In this document: positions 26,817 to 35,152 of the stretch, piece by piece
Layout of the letters: each line of letters starts with the position of its first letter
How positions within the stretch are numbered: position 1 is the first letter of the stretch
Source of the DNA: Ignavibacteriota bacterium
GTDB taxonomy: Bacteria > Bacteroidota > Ignavibacteria > UBA10030 > UBA6906
Reading direction: 5' to 3'
DNA: 64,000 nt
Assembly: GCA_963702445.1 (NCBI GenBank)
Contig: CAVPCZ010000012.1
Coordinates: forward strand, 193,199-257,198
Notes under the pieces: model-generated
Told to the model about the DNA's origin: nothing
Seen by the model: only the letters and a program-made list of their open reading frames with translations
Databases searched by the model: none
Position numbers and translations under genes: made by a program

Positions 26817-28316
26817 TCAGAGACCGGAATGGCATTCGACGCAGTTGGTCTCCTGCCATGCATCGCCGATATCCTCGGGGTGCTGGAACGGAAGTCCGGC
26901 CACGGTGAGCGTCTGCGGCACGGGATCCGTCCCCTGATACAGAATCGTATGACAGCTGTTACAGTCCTTGCTGATGCGCTTCCCGTCCGCGCTCACATGT
27001 TTCCCGTCATGGCAGCGAAAACAGCCGAGGTCTGTCATATGGCCGATATGGCTCGGGTAGGCGCTCCAGCGTACATTCATGAGGGGAAAGAAGTTCTTCC
27101 GGTATTGCGCAACAAGCTCCTGTCCGGCCGCGAGAATGCGCGCTCCTTCGGTGGCGGCCACCTGCGGATACTCGCGTTCATAGTAGGCGCGCAGCAGGTG
27201 CGGTATGCTGTCCGCCGCTTCCCCGGCTGTGGTATAGGGACGTTTCAGCAGATCCATTGCTGTTTCACGGACACGCGGCAGCGAGGGGCTTATCGTTCCG
27301 CGCGTCAGGCTCCGGTCCACGATGCGGGCGGGGGGAAGATAAATGTGGGATGGGCGGTTGTGGCAATCCATGCAATCCATGCGCGACCACTCCCCACTCC
27401 GCAGGCCGGCGGTGTCCGCCGGCATTTCTTCGGCGGCATACTCGGTGACCGTACCCGTGCGTTGATCTCTGACGCGAACCAGGGGGATCGACTGACGGAG
27501 GGAATCCACGGCAACGTACGTCACTTCATTGGCGGGGTTCACGTGCCAGTGGATGCCGTTGGCGGGTCCCCGTTCTTCATTCCCGCCGCCGATTTTCATC
27601 AGCAGCGCGAGAGTCCACCGGGTGTTCGCTTCATCGGACTTGAAATAGGTGTTGACGTATTTCTTTTCCCCGGCGAAATGGGACGGCCAGTGGCACTGCT
27701 CACAGGTTTCCCGGGCGGGGCGCAGGTTCTTGATGGGGGTAGGGATCGGCCGGGGGTACACGTTGGCAAGCACGGCGTACACCTGGTACGCCCCGGAAAG
27801 TTTGGACTTGACATACCATCCGGCACCCGAGCCGACGTGGCAGTCAACACACTTGACCCGTGCGTGCGGCGAGTTCAGGTAGGCCGTATACTCCGGTTCC
27901 ATAACATCATGACAGGTTGCGCCGCAGAAGGGCACCGATTCCGTCCACTCAAACGTCCGGTAACTCCCGTACGCCGTGAAGAGCAGGACAACGGCCGTCA
28001 CCCCGGCGAAGAGCGCAAGTGCGGACCGGTGATGCGGCACGCCGAGGTCGATCGTGAGGACCTTTTTACTCGCCGGCCGGCCGGCACGCAGACGCCGCCG
28101 CTCCCGTACCGCTCCCACAGGGATCATCAGCAGCCCCAGCAGCAACGGCACCGGCAGGGCGATATACGAGATGATCCCGATGTACGCCGGCGCGTTTTCC
28201 TGCACCATCTCCACCATGGTGAGAAACAGAATCGTCAGAAGGCACGCGCTCGCCAGGGCTGCCCCCACAATACTTATGGGGTTGTAGAAAATCTCCGGGA
28301 GCTTTCTTTTTTTCAT
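26817..28316 (-). CDS. Membrane-anchored heptahaem c-type cytochrome (NapC/NirT-like region; ImcH-like architecture)
   Basis: Three N-terminal hydrophobic segments are followed by FCGATCHDVM (CxxxCH, 27909-27926, checked in the DNA) and six CxxCH motifs. The 499-aa length and layout match the description of the Geobacter inner-membrane quinol oxidase ImcH. Confidence 0.75.
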   Translation of the reverse strand: MKKRKLPEIFYNPISIVGAALASACLLTILFLTMVEMVQENAPAYIGIISYIALPVPLLLGLLMIPVGAVRERRRLRAGRPASKKVLTIDLGVPHHRSALALFAGVTAVVLLFTAYGSYRTFEWTESVPFCGATCHDVMEPEYTAYLNSPHARVKCVDCHVGSGAGWYVKSKLSGAYQVYAVLANVYPRPIPTPIKNLRPARETCEQCHWPSHFAGEKKYVNTYFKSDEANTRWTLALLMKIGGGNEERGPANGIHWHVNPANEVTYVAVDSLRQSIPLVRVRDQRTGTVTEYAAEEMPADTAGLRSGEWSRMDCMDCHNRPSHIYLPPARIVDRSLTRGTISPSLPRVRETAMDLLKRPYTTAGEAADSIPHLLRAYYEREYPQVAATEGARILAAGQELVAQYRKNFFPLMNVRWSAYPSHIGHMTDLGCFRCHDGKHVSADGKRISKDCNSCHTILYQGTDPVPQTLTVAGLPFQHPEDIGDAWQETNCVECHSGL

Positions 28317-28443
28317 CGTATGGAAAGGTGGATGCGGGGCATCGGGCAGGAGACGGGACCGGCCGGTTCGGCGCGGTCCCGCGTACCCGTCGTCTGTTTC
28401 GGTTTACTTCTTGGGAAGCTTGTGCGCGATTTTCGCCCACCAC

Positions 28444-28944
28444 TCATCGTACTTGAAACCCTTTGAACGTCGGGCTTCCGGCGTTGTGGCAGGTTTCGCA
28501 CGTCTTCTTTGCCGCATCACCTGTCACGAGACCGGCCTCGACGGCCTTCGCCTTGTTTTCGGCCTTCGTATGCAGCGTCTTGAAGCCGGATGCCGCACCG
28601 TGGCACGCTTCGCAGGTGACACCTTCCTTCATGTCGAAGGTCTTCTCTACATTGGCGGCGGTTCCACCACCGGCCACATGGCATTTCAGGCACTCGGGGC
28701 TTTCGGCCGGCGGTTTGGCAAGACCCTTTTCCTTGCCGATCTTCTTGGCCGCTTCGCCCTCCAGGGTCTTGTACGCCCCGGCGTGCGCGGTTTTGGCCCA
28801 GATCGTGAACGCCTCTCCCTTGTCCTTCGCCTTGTGACACATGGCGCAGGTTTTGGTGCCCACGAATTTGTTCTCCGCCACCGCTGTGCCACCGCACAAC
28901 ATCAGCGCAACGGCGAACAGAAGGACCACACAGGCTGTTTTCAT
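28444..28944 (-). CDS. Small periplasmic tetrahaem cytochrome c
   Basis: Signal peptide MKTACVVLLFAVALMLCGGTAVA and four CxxCH motifs (CAMCH, CLKCH, CEACH, CETCH) in 166 aa. GGGAGGAAG precedes the ATG. Confidence 0.88.
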   Translation of the reverse strand: MKTACVVLLFAVALMLCGGTAVAENKFVGTKTCAMCHKAKDKGEAFTIWAKTAHAGAYKTLEGEAAKKIGKEKGLAKPPAESPECLKCHVAGGGTAANVEKTFDMKEGVTCEACHGAASGFKTLHTKAENKAKAVEAGLVTGDAAKKTCETCHNAGSPTFKGFQVR

Positions 28945-29008
28945 TTACGGCTTCCTCCCAGAAATGATGGATGATCAGAAATGTACACGAAAACAATACA
29001 AGATGCCA

Positions 29009-29863
29009 CTACTGGTATGCAAACACCATTGCATAGATGATCCATACGACGATGCTGAAGCCGGTACCCAGGGCCGTCCATGCGAACACCCGGATTGCCC
29101 TGATGACGATCGCCGGATAGGGTTCCGCCAGGCGCGACTCCAGTTCGCCGGATGCCGCCACCGATGCGTATTCGGCGGGTTTGTCCATCTTCAACTCCTC
29201 CACCGGCATCCGTCCGGTGAAGATGACCATATCCATCGGAAATTTTTCCGGGCGCAGGTGGGTGTTGAAAAAGTGGATGGTGAAGATGAACCCGGTGGCC
29301 AGCAATGCCTCGTCACTGTGTATGATCGTCGCCACGTTGATCATCCAGCCCGGGAACAGCTGCGTGAAGAATTCAGGGAACCAGAGAGTGAAGCCGGTCG
29401 ACCCGATCACCACCATCCCCCAGAAGACCGCGAAATAGTCGAACTTCTCCCAGTAGGTCCACCGGCCGAATTCCGGGCGGGGCCCCATACCCAGAAACCA
29501 TTTCACGGATGCAACGAACTGGTGCAGATCGGTTTTCGTCGGCAGCATGGTGTCGGGACCGAACAGGAGACCCTTCCAGCCGCCGATTCCCCGCCGCTTC
29601 CGCCGGAACAGGTCCACGATGTGGACCAGGAACACGCCCACCATGATGGTGGCCGCAAACCGGTGGAAATAACCGGCGGTCTCATACCCGCCGAAGAGGT
29701 GGGAGAGAAACGACGCCCAGCCGGTATAGGAAAACTTCAGAGTCATTCCCGTCAGTGCCAGGCTCAAAAAACTGACGATCATCAGGATATGCAGGATCCG
29801 GTTGAGCCGTGTAAACCGGACGTACTGGCGTTCGTTGCTGTTATCCACTGTGCTGTGCTCCAT
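29009..29863 (-). CDS. Cytochrome b subunit (HydC/FdnI-like, polytopic)
   Basis: YVRFTRLNRILHILMIVSFLSLALTGMTL aligns with YLRMTLGERIQHGTLLVSFITLVLTGFAL in the C-terminal domain of the 31858-33993 protein. It has conserved His in TM helices and 4-5 TM segments. Start uncertain: ATG 29863 or GTG 29929, both overlapping the upstream gene. Confidence 0.78.
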   Translation of the reverse strand: MEHSTVDNSNERQYVRFTRLNRILHILMIVSFLSLALTGMTLKFSYTGWASFLSHLFGGYETAGYFHRFAATIMVGVFLVHIVDLFRRKRRGIGGWKGLLFGPDTMLPTKTDLHQFVASVKWFLGMGPRPEFGRWTYWEKFDYFAVFWGMVVIGSTGFTLWFPEFFTQLFPGWMINVATIIHSDEALLATGFIFTIHFFNTHLRPEKFPMDMVIFTGRMPVEELKMDKPAEYASVAASGELESRLAEPYPAIVIRAIRVFAWTALGTGFSIVVWIIYAMVFAYQ

Positions 29864-31853
29864 CTTCCTGGGTTGTTCCTTCCGCCGGGCCCGGAGGCGG
29901 TGGTGTCTGCTCCGCACGTCTGCGTTCACGCTGCCAGCGCAGGGCCCTGGGCAGCCAGAGCAACGTGTGAATGCCGCTCACCACAAATGTGACGACCAGC
30001 AAACCGGTCATTCCCCAGAAGGTCCAGAAGAGCCAGGGATATTTTGCCGGATCATGATGCGTCGCATGGGTAAGGTAGCCCGCAAAGCGCCGGTTTGCCC
30101 CCGGATGGCACTGCTGGCATGTAGCGACAACATTCTCGCGGCTGAGATGTGACCGCGGGTCGGCGATGGGCAGGATGTCATGTGCGCCGTGACAGCTGTA
30201 GCATTGTGCCGTTTTGGTGTAGCCGAGTTGCGACACTTTTCCGTGATACGTGTCGAAGTACGTCTTCGCAATCGCCTCGTGGCATCGGCCGCACTGGTTC
30301 ATAATCGTGAGCTTGAACCCCTCCTCGTCGGCGCGGCGGATCGTATGGGCGCTGTGGCAGTCGTCGCACACCGGCAGCTGCTTCGTGGTCTTCCCGATCT
30401 GGGAAACGTGCACGCTGCGGGCAAATTGTTCCTCCACCCCGTGATGGCACCGTCCGCACGTGGAGGGGACATTGCGCGGATTGATGCTGGAGAGTGTATC
30501 GGCGCGCGGAAGAACCCTGTGCGCCGTGTGGCAACTCGTGCATGTCGCCGTCACCGTTAATCCACCGCGGGACAGCCCCTTGCCGTGGGTGCTTTCACGG
30601 TAATGCTCGACAATCTGATGTTGATCGCCTGTGTACCGCACGGCCGCTTTCTGGCCTTCACGATGGCAACGCGCACAGAGGGCCGGAATATTGGTGGGAA
30701 ACGTGGAGGAAGCGGGCTGGGTCTTGCCGAGAATGCCGTGCGTGCCGTGGCATTCCTTGCATGTCGGCGCATTGGGATCGTTCCGCACGAAGAGCTGTCC
30801 GTGCGTGCTCTGGAGGTATTCCCGGCCGACTTCCGCATGACAGGATGCGCAATCGACACGCTGGGTGATGGTCTGGCAGGGCCGCTCCTTCGCCGCATTC
30901 ACACCGGCATGGCACTGGCTGCAGGAGATCTTTGCGTGCCGTGAGCCCGCCAGATGTCCGGGTGTCACGGCCATGGACCGGCCGTCCCTGGCCGAAACAA
31001 GATCCGCCCTGGCGTGGCACCGCAGGCAATCCCGGTCGGCCATTCCCTGGTCGTAGAATACCTTTCGTACCTTGTGCGGCTGGTGACAATCCACGCATGC
31101 CGGCAGCATATGGGCCTCTTTTTCCCACAGCTCCCCCTTGATCACCTTTCTATGCACACTCTCGATCTGTGCGTGACATTTTGTGCATGTTGCCGCGATG
31201 TTCCTGCGGGCGATGGATGACGCCGGATCCGTGTGCGGAAGAATGGAGTGGGCGGTGTGGCAGGATGCGCAGGTTGCCGACACGATGAGACCTTTTTTCA
31301 GCAGGCCTTCGCCGTGGATGCTCTCGGAGAAATTCTCCAGGATATGATCCTGATGGATCGTCCGCTGCCGGGCGACGGGTGCGCCTTCCTGGTGGCATTT
31401 GCCGCAGAGGAACGGCACCTGCAGGGGCGACACCGGAGAACGCGCATCGGTGACTTTTGCGATGGCGTGGTTTCCGTGGCAATCGGCGCAACGGGGCGCG
31501 AGCGGATCCCCCCGCCCGGCGGCCTTCCCGTGCAGCGAACGGGTGTGCAGTGCGGACTCCGTGCCATGACAATCGGCGCACACCGCAGGTGCAAGGTCTT
31601 CTTCGTGCGGCAATTCCTTCCCCGCAAGATCGGCGTGACAAGCGACGCAGGGAACATCCGCATGGACCGACCCGGCGAATTTCTTCTGGTCCACGAACAT
31701 CGGCACCGTTTTTCCGCGCTTCGTCCCCGTCAGCGCCCTGTCCTCGTGGCAGGCGAGGCAATCGGTGGACTCCTGGGCCCTCGCCCTCCCCGCACAGATC
31801 AGTGCGGCAGCGGCGAGAATCAGGATCCTTGAAAACGCACGGCGGGCGGTCAT
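29841..31853 (-). CDS. 19-haem c-type cytochrome with signal peptide and one C-terminal TM anchor
   Basis: Signal peptide MTARRAFSRILILAAAALICAGRARAQ from ATG 31853, 19 CxxCH motifs, and a C-terminal helix YPWLFWTFWGMTGLLVVTFVVSGIHTLLWL followed by a basic tail. Confidence 0.88.
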   Translation of the reverse strand: MTARRAFSRILILAAAALICAGRARAQESTDCLACHEDRALTGTKRGKTVPMFVDQKKFAGSVHADVPCVACHADLAGKELPHEEDLAPAVCADCHGTESALHTRSLHGKAAGRGDPLAPRCADCHGNHAIAKVTDARSPVSPLQVPFLCGKCHQEGAPVARQRTIHQDHILENFSESIHGEGLLKKGLIVSATCASCHTAHSILPHTDPASSIARRNIAATCTKCHAQIESVHRKVIKGELWEKEAHMLPACVDCHQPHKVRKVFYDQGMADRDCLRCHARADLVSARDGRSMAVTPGHLAGSRHAKISCSQCHAGVNAAKERPCQTITQRVDCASCHAEVGREYLQSTHGQLFVRNDPNAPTCKECHGTHGILGKTQPASSTFPTNIPALCARCHREGQKAAVRYTGDQHQIVEHYRESTHGKGLSRGGLTVTATCTSCHTAHRVLPRADTLSSINPRNVPSTCGRCHHGVEEQFARSVHVSQIGKTTKQLPVCDDCHSAHTIRRADEEGFKLTIMNQCGRCHEAIAKTYFDTYHGKVSQLGYTKTAQCYSCHGAHDILPIADPRSHLSRENVVATCQQCHPGANRRFAGYLTHATHHDPAKYPWLFWTFWGMTGLLVVTFVVSGIHTLLWLPRALRWQRERRRAEQTPPPPGPAEGTTQEDGAQHSG

Positions 31854-31857
31854 GTGC

Positions 31858-33993
31858 TTACACCTTCTCCTCTTTGGGTTCTTCAGAATGCTGCCGGCGT
31901 CTGTACGTCTCCAGCTCAAGAGGATGTTCCTCCTCCATCTCTTCTTCCGTCAGCGTACCCTTCCAGAACGCCAGGTTGATCGGGTAGGTATCGGGGTTGA
32001 AGATCACAAAATAGAAATGCCAGACGATGATGGCGAGTGTGGCGAGCCAGGCTTCATAATAGTGCACCGTACGTGCAACATCCCACCAGAGTTTCGTGAG
32101 AAGGCCCAGGAAGATGTTGTCGAACCAGAGAATGACCCCCGTCAGACCCATAACACCCGTTCCCCAGACCAGCGCCCAGTACTCGCTCTTTTCTATGTAG
32201 CTGAAACGGCCGAATTTGGGTTTGTCCGGTGAGATGCCGAAGTTGTACTTCAGGACATTCAGCGCGTCAAACAGATCCTGCCGCCGGGGCAGAAGGTCCC
32301 GGAGCAGTTCTTTGCCGCGGGGGACAAAGAAGAGATACCAGAGGTGGTAGAGACTCGCGGCAACCATGGCCACGGCGGCGATACGGTGCAGGATGCCCCG
32401 CAGTTCAAACATCCACGGACTGACACTGCGTATCGGCGCCACCCACCAGGCATCCGGATACCGGAGGGCGAACCCCGTCAGGACGAGCGTGATAAAACTG
32501 ACGAGCAGTGTACCGTGCTGGATCCGTTCGCCGAGGGTCATGCGGAGATAGAGCCGGTGTGCGGTGTGTTTGCGGGGCAGTTCCCCCCGGCGGTACTGGA
32601 GCTGCCGCCGGGACTTCTTGACAAAGTCCAGCAGATTATGGACAAACATGCCGCCGATCAGCACCACAATCAATACGATATATCCGTTTGAAACGAAATA
32701 TAGCACGCCGTCATGTCCGGATGTGGCGATGACGTGCACCGAACCACGCGTGAAATTCGTGTTCGCGCCGGGATGGCAGGTCCCGCACGTCCTGGTCAGG
32801 TTGTCGGGGTGAATGCGCGAAGAGGGATCCGTTGACGGTTTGATATCATGCACGCCATGGCAGCTTGCACAGTTGGCGACCTCCACCGATCCTGCACGCT
32901 GGGCAAGACCGTGGAAGCTGTCCTCAAAACTCTGGAAGCGGTCACCCGCCAACCCGTACTTTTGCGTCAGCTTAACGGAGCCATGACAGGGAGAGCACAC
33001 CTGCGAGGAGACGTTTGCCGCCGCGACCGGTGAACGGGCGTCTTGCGGCGAAAGAATATTGTGTTCACCGTGACAGTCCGTGCAGGTGGGCGATGCCGTT
33101 ACGCCTCCGGCGAGCGCCTGGCCATGAATGCTTCCGGCGTATTGTGCGCGCGTTTCGCCGTGGCATTTCCCACAGGTACCGGCGATGTTCCTCTTGGCGA
33201 CGGAGGAGGTCGGGTTCGACCCCTTCTTCATGGTGTGGCTGCCGTGACAATCCGTGCAGGCGGCCGCGGAATCGTTGCCCGCCTTGACGGCCTGCCCGTG
33301 CACGCTCTTTTCGTAGCTGGAGACGAAGCCCGCGGAAGGACCGACCCGTTCGCGCACTTCGGGTTTGTCCAGGTGGCAGCTCAGGCACATTCTGGCCTGG
33401 TGTCCGTGGGCCGTGGTGGAACTGCTGTCCCGGGCGGACTGTACTGCATGCTCGCCGTGACAGTCGATGCAGCTGGGCGCACCTTTGACCCCCCGGACGA
33501 GCGCAAGACCGTGGTCAGACTGAAGGAACCGGACGTTGATATCTCCGTGGCATTTTGCACAAATGCCCTCGGCAAACGCAGCCCGGTGCACCGGCTCCTG
33601 GTCCGTCACCCTTTTGACGGAATGCGCCGTGTGACAATCCGCGCACGAGGCGGCGGGACGGTTTCCTTTGACGCTCCGCCCGTGCACGCTCTTTGCAAAA
33701 TCGCTGAACTGATCACCCTCGTGACAGTTCAGGCATTTCACCGGAGTGATCTTCGCCTTATGAGGAAGTTCGGAAGGTTTGAACCCTTCATGACATCCCA
33801 CGCAGCCCAGCGCACTGTGGGCTGAGGAGGCGAACCCTTTGCCTTCGACAAACAGGGAGATCGTCCTCCCCTTCTTCGTCATCGACAAGGAGGCGTCGCT
33901 GTGGCACATGAGGCAATCTTCATCAGATTGCGCCGGCACAAAGGGGGGAAACAGCAATCCCCCCAGTATCAGGGTCATGACGTGTTTCAGCAC
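31858..33993 (-). CDS. Fusion of a 13-haem periplasmic c-type cytochrome with a HydC/FdnI-like cytochrome b membrane domain (CbcL-like)
   Basis: 13 CxxCH motifs are followed by about five TM helices with conserved His. Start taken at GTG 33993 (GGAGAGAAGC upstream, signal peptide LKHVMTLILGGLLFPPFVPAQS); ATG 33978 is possible. ATG 34146 lies upstream of the predicted promoter, so I reject it. Confidence 0.85.
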   Translation of the reverse strand: MLKHVMTLILGGLLFPPFVPAQSDEDCLMCHSDASLSMTKKGRTISLFVEGKGFASSAHSALGCVGCHEGFKPSELPHKAKITPVKCLNCHEGDQFSDFAKSVHGRSVKGNRPAASCADCHTAHSVKRVTDQEPVHRAAFAEGICAKCHGDINVRFLQSDHGLALVRGVKGAPSCIDCHGEHAVQSARDSSSTTAHGHQARMCLSCHLDKPEVRERVGPSAGFVSSYEKSVHGQAVKAGNDSAAACTDCHGSHTMKKGSNPTSSVAKRNIAGTCGKCHGETRAQYAGSIHGQALAGGVTASPTCTDCHGEHNILSPQDARSPVAAANVSSQVCSPCHGSVKLTQKYGLAGDRFQSFEDSFHGLAQRAGSVEVANCASCHGVHDIKPSTDPSSRIHPDNLTRTCGTCHPGANTNFTRGSVHVIATSGHDGVLYFVSNGYIVLIVVLIGGMFVHNLLDFVKKSRRQLQYRRGELPRKHTAHRLYLRMTLGERIQHGTLLVSFITLVLTGFALRYPDAWWVAPIRSVSPWMFELRGILHRIAAVAMVAASLYHLWYLFFVPRGKELLRDLLPRRQDLFDALNVLKYNFGISPDKPKFGRFSYIEKSEYWALVWGTGVMGLTGVILWFDNIFLGLLTKLWWDVARTVHYYEAWLATLAIIVWHFYFVIFNPDTYPINLAFWKGTLTEEEMEEEHPLELETYRRRQHSEEPKEEKV

Positions 33994-34119
33994 GCTTCTC
34001 TCCGGAATCAGACTACCAATGGATATAAGGGGGTCAATCAACATGCCAAGGTTCGATCGTTGAAATTGTTGAAATTTGCCACATCTTCGATCGACACTCA
34101 CTGTCTTTTTTCCCAAAAA

Positions 34120-34136
34120 TGCGATATTGGTGCCGG
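34120..34136 (-). promoter_or_regulatory. Sigma-54-type -24/-12 promoter candidate upstream of the CbcL-like gene
   Basis: The minus strand reads CCGGCACCAATATCGCA, with GG-N10-GC spacing exact (GGCAC ... TCGCA against the consensus TGGCACG-N4-TTGCW). It lies 38 nt after the receiver-gene stop. Confidence 0.45.
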
Positions 34137-34173
34137 AGATTTGCACACCTGGGAAAAGGGTGTCGGGGTGGGA

Positions 34174-34656
34174 TTAGGAAAGGCCTGCGAGGAGATCTTC
34201 CACCCTTTTCGAGATTTGTGCGATCTCAAAGGGCTTATAAAAGACGGAATCTACATGCTCACGGATGGCCCGGTCGAGATTCACCTCCCTGGAATTATAG
34301 ACATACAGGAGGATAATCGGCAGTGTGTGGTTGGCCCCCCGCAACCCATCCAGCCGCTCGATGAGCTTCTCCGAGGGAACCGCATCCACCATGACAAGGT
34401 TTGCGGAATAGTCCGCCGCAAGGCGGTCGAGCATTCCCAGATTCGTTGTCGTGATGACATTATACCTGTCCTGAAACAGCATGGAGAGACTGAAGCAGAA
34501 GTTCAGGTCAGGGCTGTACAGCAGGATCGTCTTCTTGTTTTCACCGACATCCGTATCGGGTGCCCGTGCGTCCTTCCGGTGTTCGGCTTCGCCGTGGTGT
34601 GTTTTCACCGTATATCCTCGGTTCGTGTCACCGCAGATGGAGTTCCTTTTCGACAT
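34174..34656 (-). CDS. Single-domain receiver (CheY-like) protein with a degenerate acidic pocket
   Basis: KKTILLYSPD ... ANLVMVDA ... PIILLYVY ... YKPF follows the REC beta1/beta3/beta4/beta5 pattern, but SPD replaces DD and Tyr replaces the beta4 Ser/Thr. Alternative GTG start at 34608 (GAGGA 6 nt upstream) would remove the 29-nt overlap with uspA. Confidence 0.6.
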   Translation of the reverse strand: MSKRNSICGDTNRGYTVKTHHGEAEHRKDARAPDTDVGENKKTILLYSPDLNFCFSLSMLFQDRYNVITTTNLGMLDRLAADYSANLVMVDAVPSEKLIERLDGLRGANHTLPIILLYVYNSREVNLDRAIREHVDSVFYKPFEIAQISKRVEDLLAGLS

Positions 34657-35104
34657 CCTCTTTTTGAAGGATGTTTTCGCGGAACGGGTGCGGCTTGACG
34701 GTCAACACGGGGATTCCGGAAGATCGGACGATCCGTTCGGCGACGCTGCCCAGAAGCATGTGGCGCAACCCCGTCCGGCCATGCGTGGCAATCACAATCA
34801 GATCGATTCCCTCCTGCTCGGCGAACCGGCGGATCTCCTCCGCGGCTTCCCCTTTTTTCACGACCAGTGCAATACGTGTTTCCGCCGGCACATGGGCATG
34901 CGCGAATTCTTCGAGACTTCTTCTTGCCTCTTCCTCATTCCTCGGATGACCCTCTCTTCCGAGGAACCCTTCCCGGCCATCGACCACATGAAGCAGGAAC
35001 AGGCGGGATGTATACAGGGTGCCGAAGGACGTGGCGTACTCCACGGCTGCCAGCGAGAAGTCAGAAAGGTCGGTGGTGACGAGTATTTTCTTCAGGAAGA
35101 CCAT
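34628..35104 (-). CDS. Universal stress protein (UspA family)
   Basis: KKILVTTDLSDFS ... LFLLHVV ... IDLIVIATHGRTGLRHMLLGSVAERIVRSSGIPVLTV (ATP-binding G-2x-G-9x-G(S/T) type motif). Confidence 0.88.
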   Translation of the reverse strand: MVFLKKILVTTDLSDFSLAAVEYATSFGTLYTSRLFLLHVVDGREGFLGREGHPRNEEEARRSLEEFAHAHVPAETRIALVVKKGEAAEEIRRFAEQEGIDLIVIATHGRTGLRHMLLGSVAERIVRSSGIPVLTVKPHPFRENILQKEDVEKELHLR

Positions 35105-35137
35105 CGTTATGACTCCCGTTGTCCTTACGGGAGTTTT

Positions 35138-35152
35138 TCAAGAGTTGTGCCA
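35138..35152 (-). promoter_or_regulatory. Sigma-54-type -24/-12 promoter candidate upstream of uspA
   Basis: The minus strand reads TGGCACAACTCTTGA: TGGCAC, correct spacing, and a -12 of TTGA as at 22617-22631. It lies ~35 nt upstream of the uspA ATG, with GGGAG as a possible SD. Confidence 0.5.

Noticed and set aside
26679-28466. A 595-aa plus-strand ORF
   Set aside because: It lies antisense to the ImcH-like heptahaem gene and the start of the barrel gene. It has no motifs and a shadow-frame composition.
28991-29008. A sigma-54-like sequence TGGCATCTTGTATTGT upstream of the tetrahaem gene
   Set aside because: The -24 half is good, but the TTG of the -12 half is displaced by one nucleotide relative to the strict GG-N10-GC spacing, and it has T instead of C. 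I do not count it as a promoter. It might still be worth a look if transcript mapping shows an internal start near 28983.
33994-34146. The longest-ORF start of the CbcL-like gene (ATG 34146)
   Set aside because: The extra 51 residues have no signal-peptide character and would lie upstream of the sigma-54-like promoter at 34120-34136. A start at 33993 or 33978 gives a normal signal peptide ending in PAQS.
34203-34233. An imperfect nested inverted repeat (CCCTTTtcGAGAT ... ATCTCAAAGGG) at the distance where a third enhancer site was expected
   Set aside because: It does not match the TTTCC-N8-GGAA repeat found at the other two promoters. It lies within the receiver coding sequence, and no U-tract follows it. 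The evidence is insufficient for either a UAS or a terminator.
35112-35134. A hairpin ACTCCCGT-N7-ACGGGAGT followed by T5 on the plus strand, near the uspA start
   Set aside because: It looks like a plus-strand terminator, but no plus-strand gene precedes it. On the minus strand it straddles the predicted transcription start and Shine-Dalgarno region of uspA. I cannot separate a regulatory role from chance, so it is not reported as a feature.
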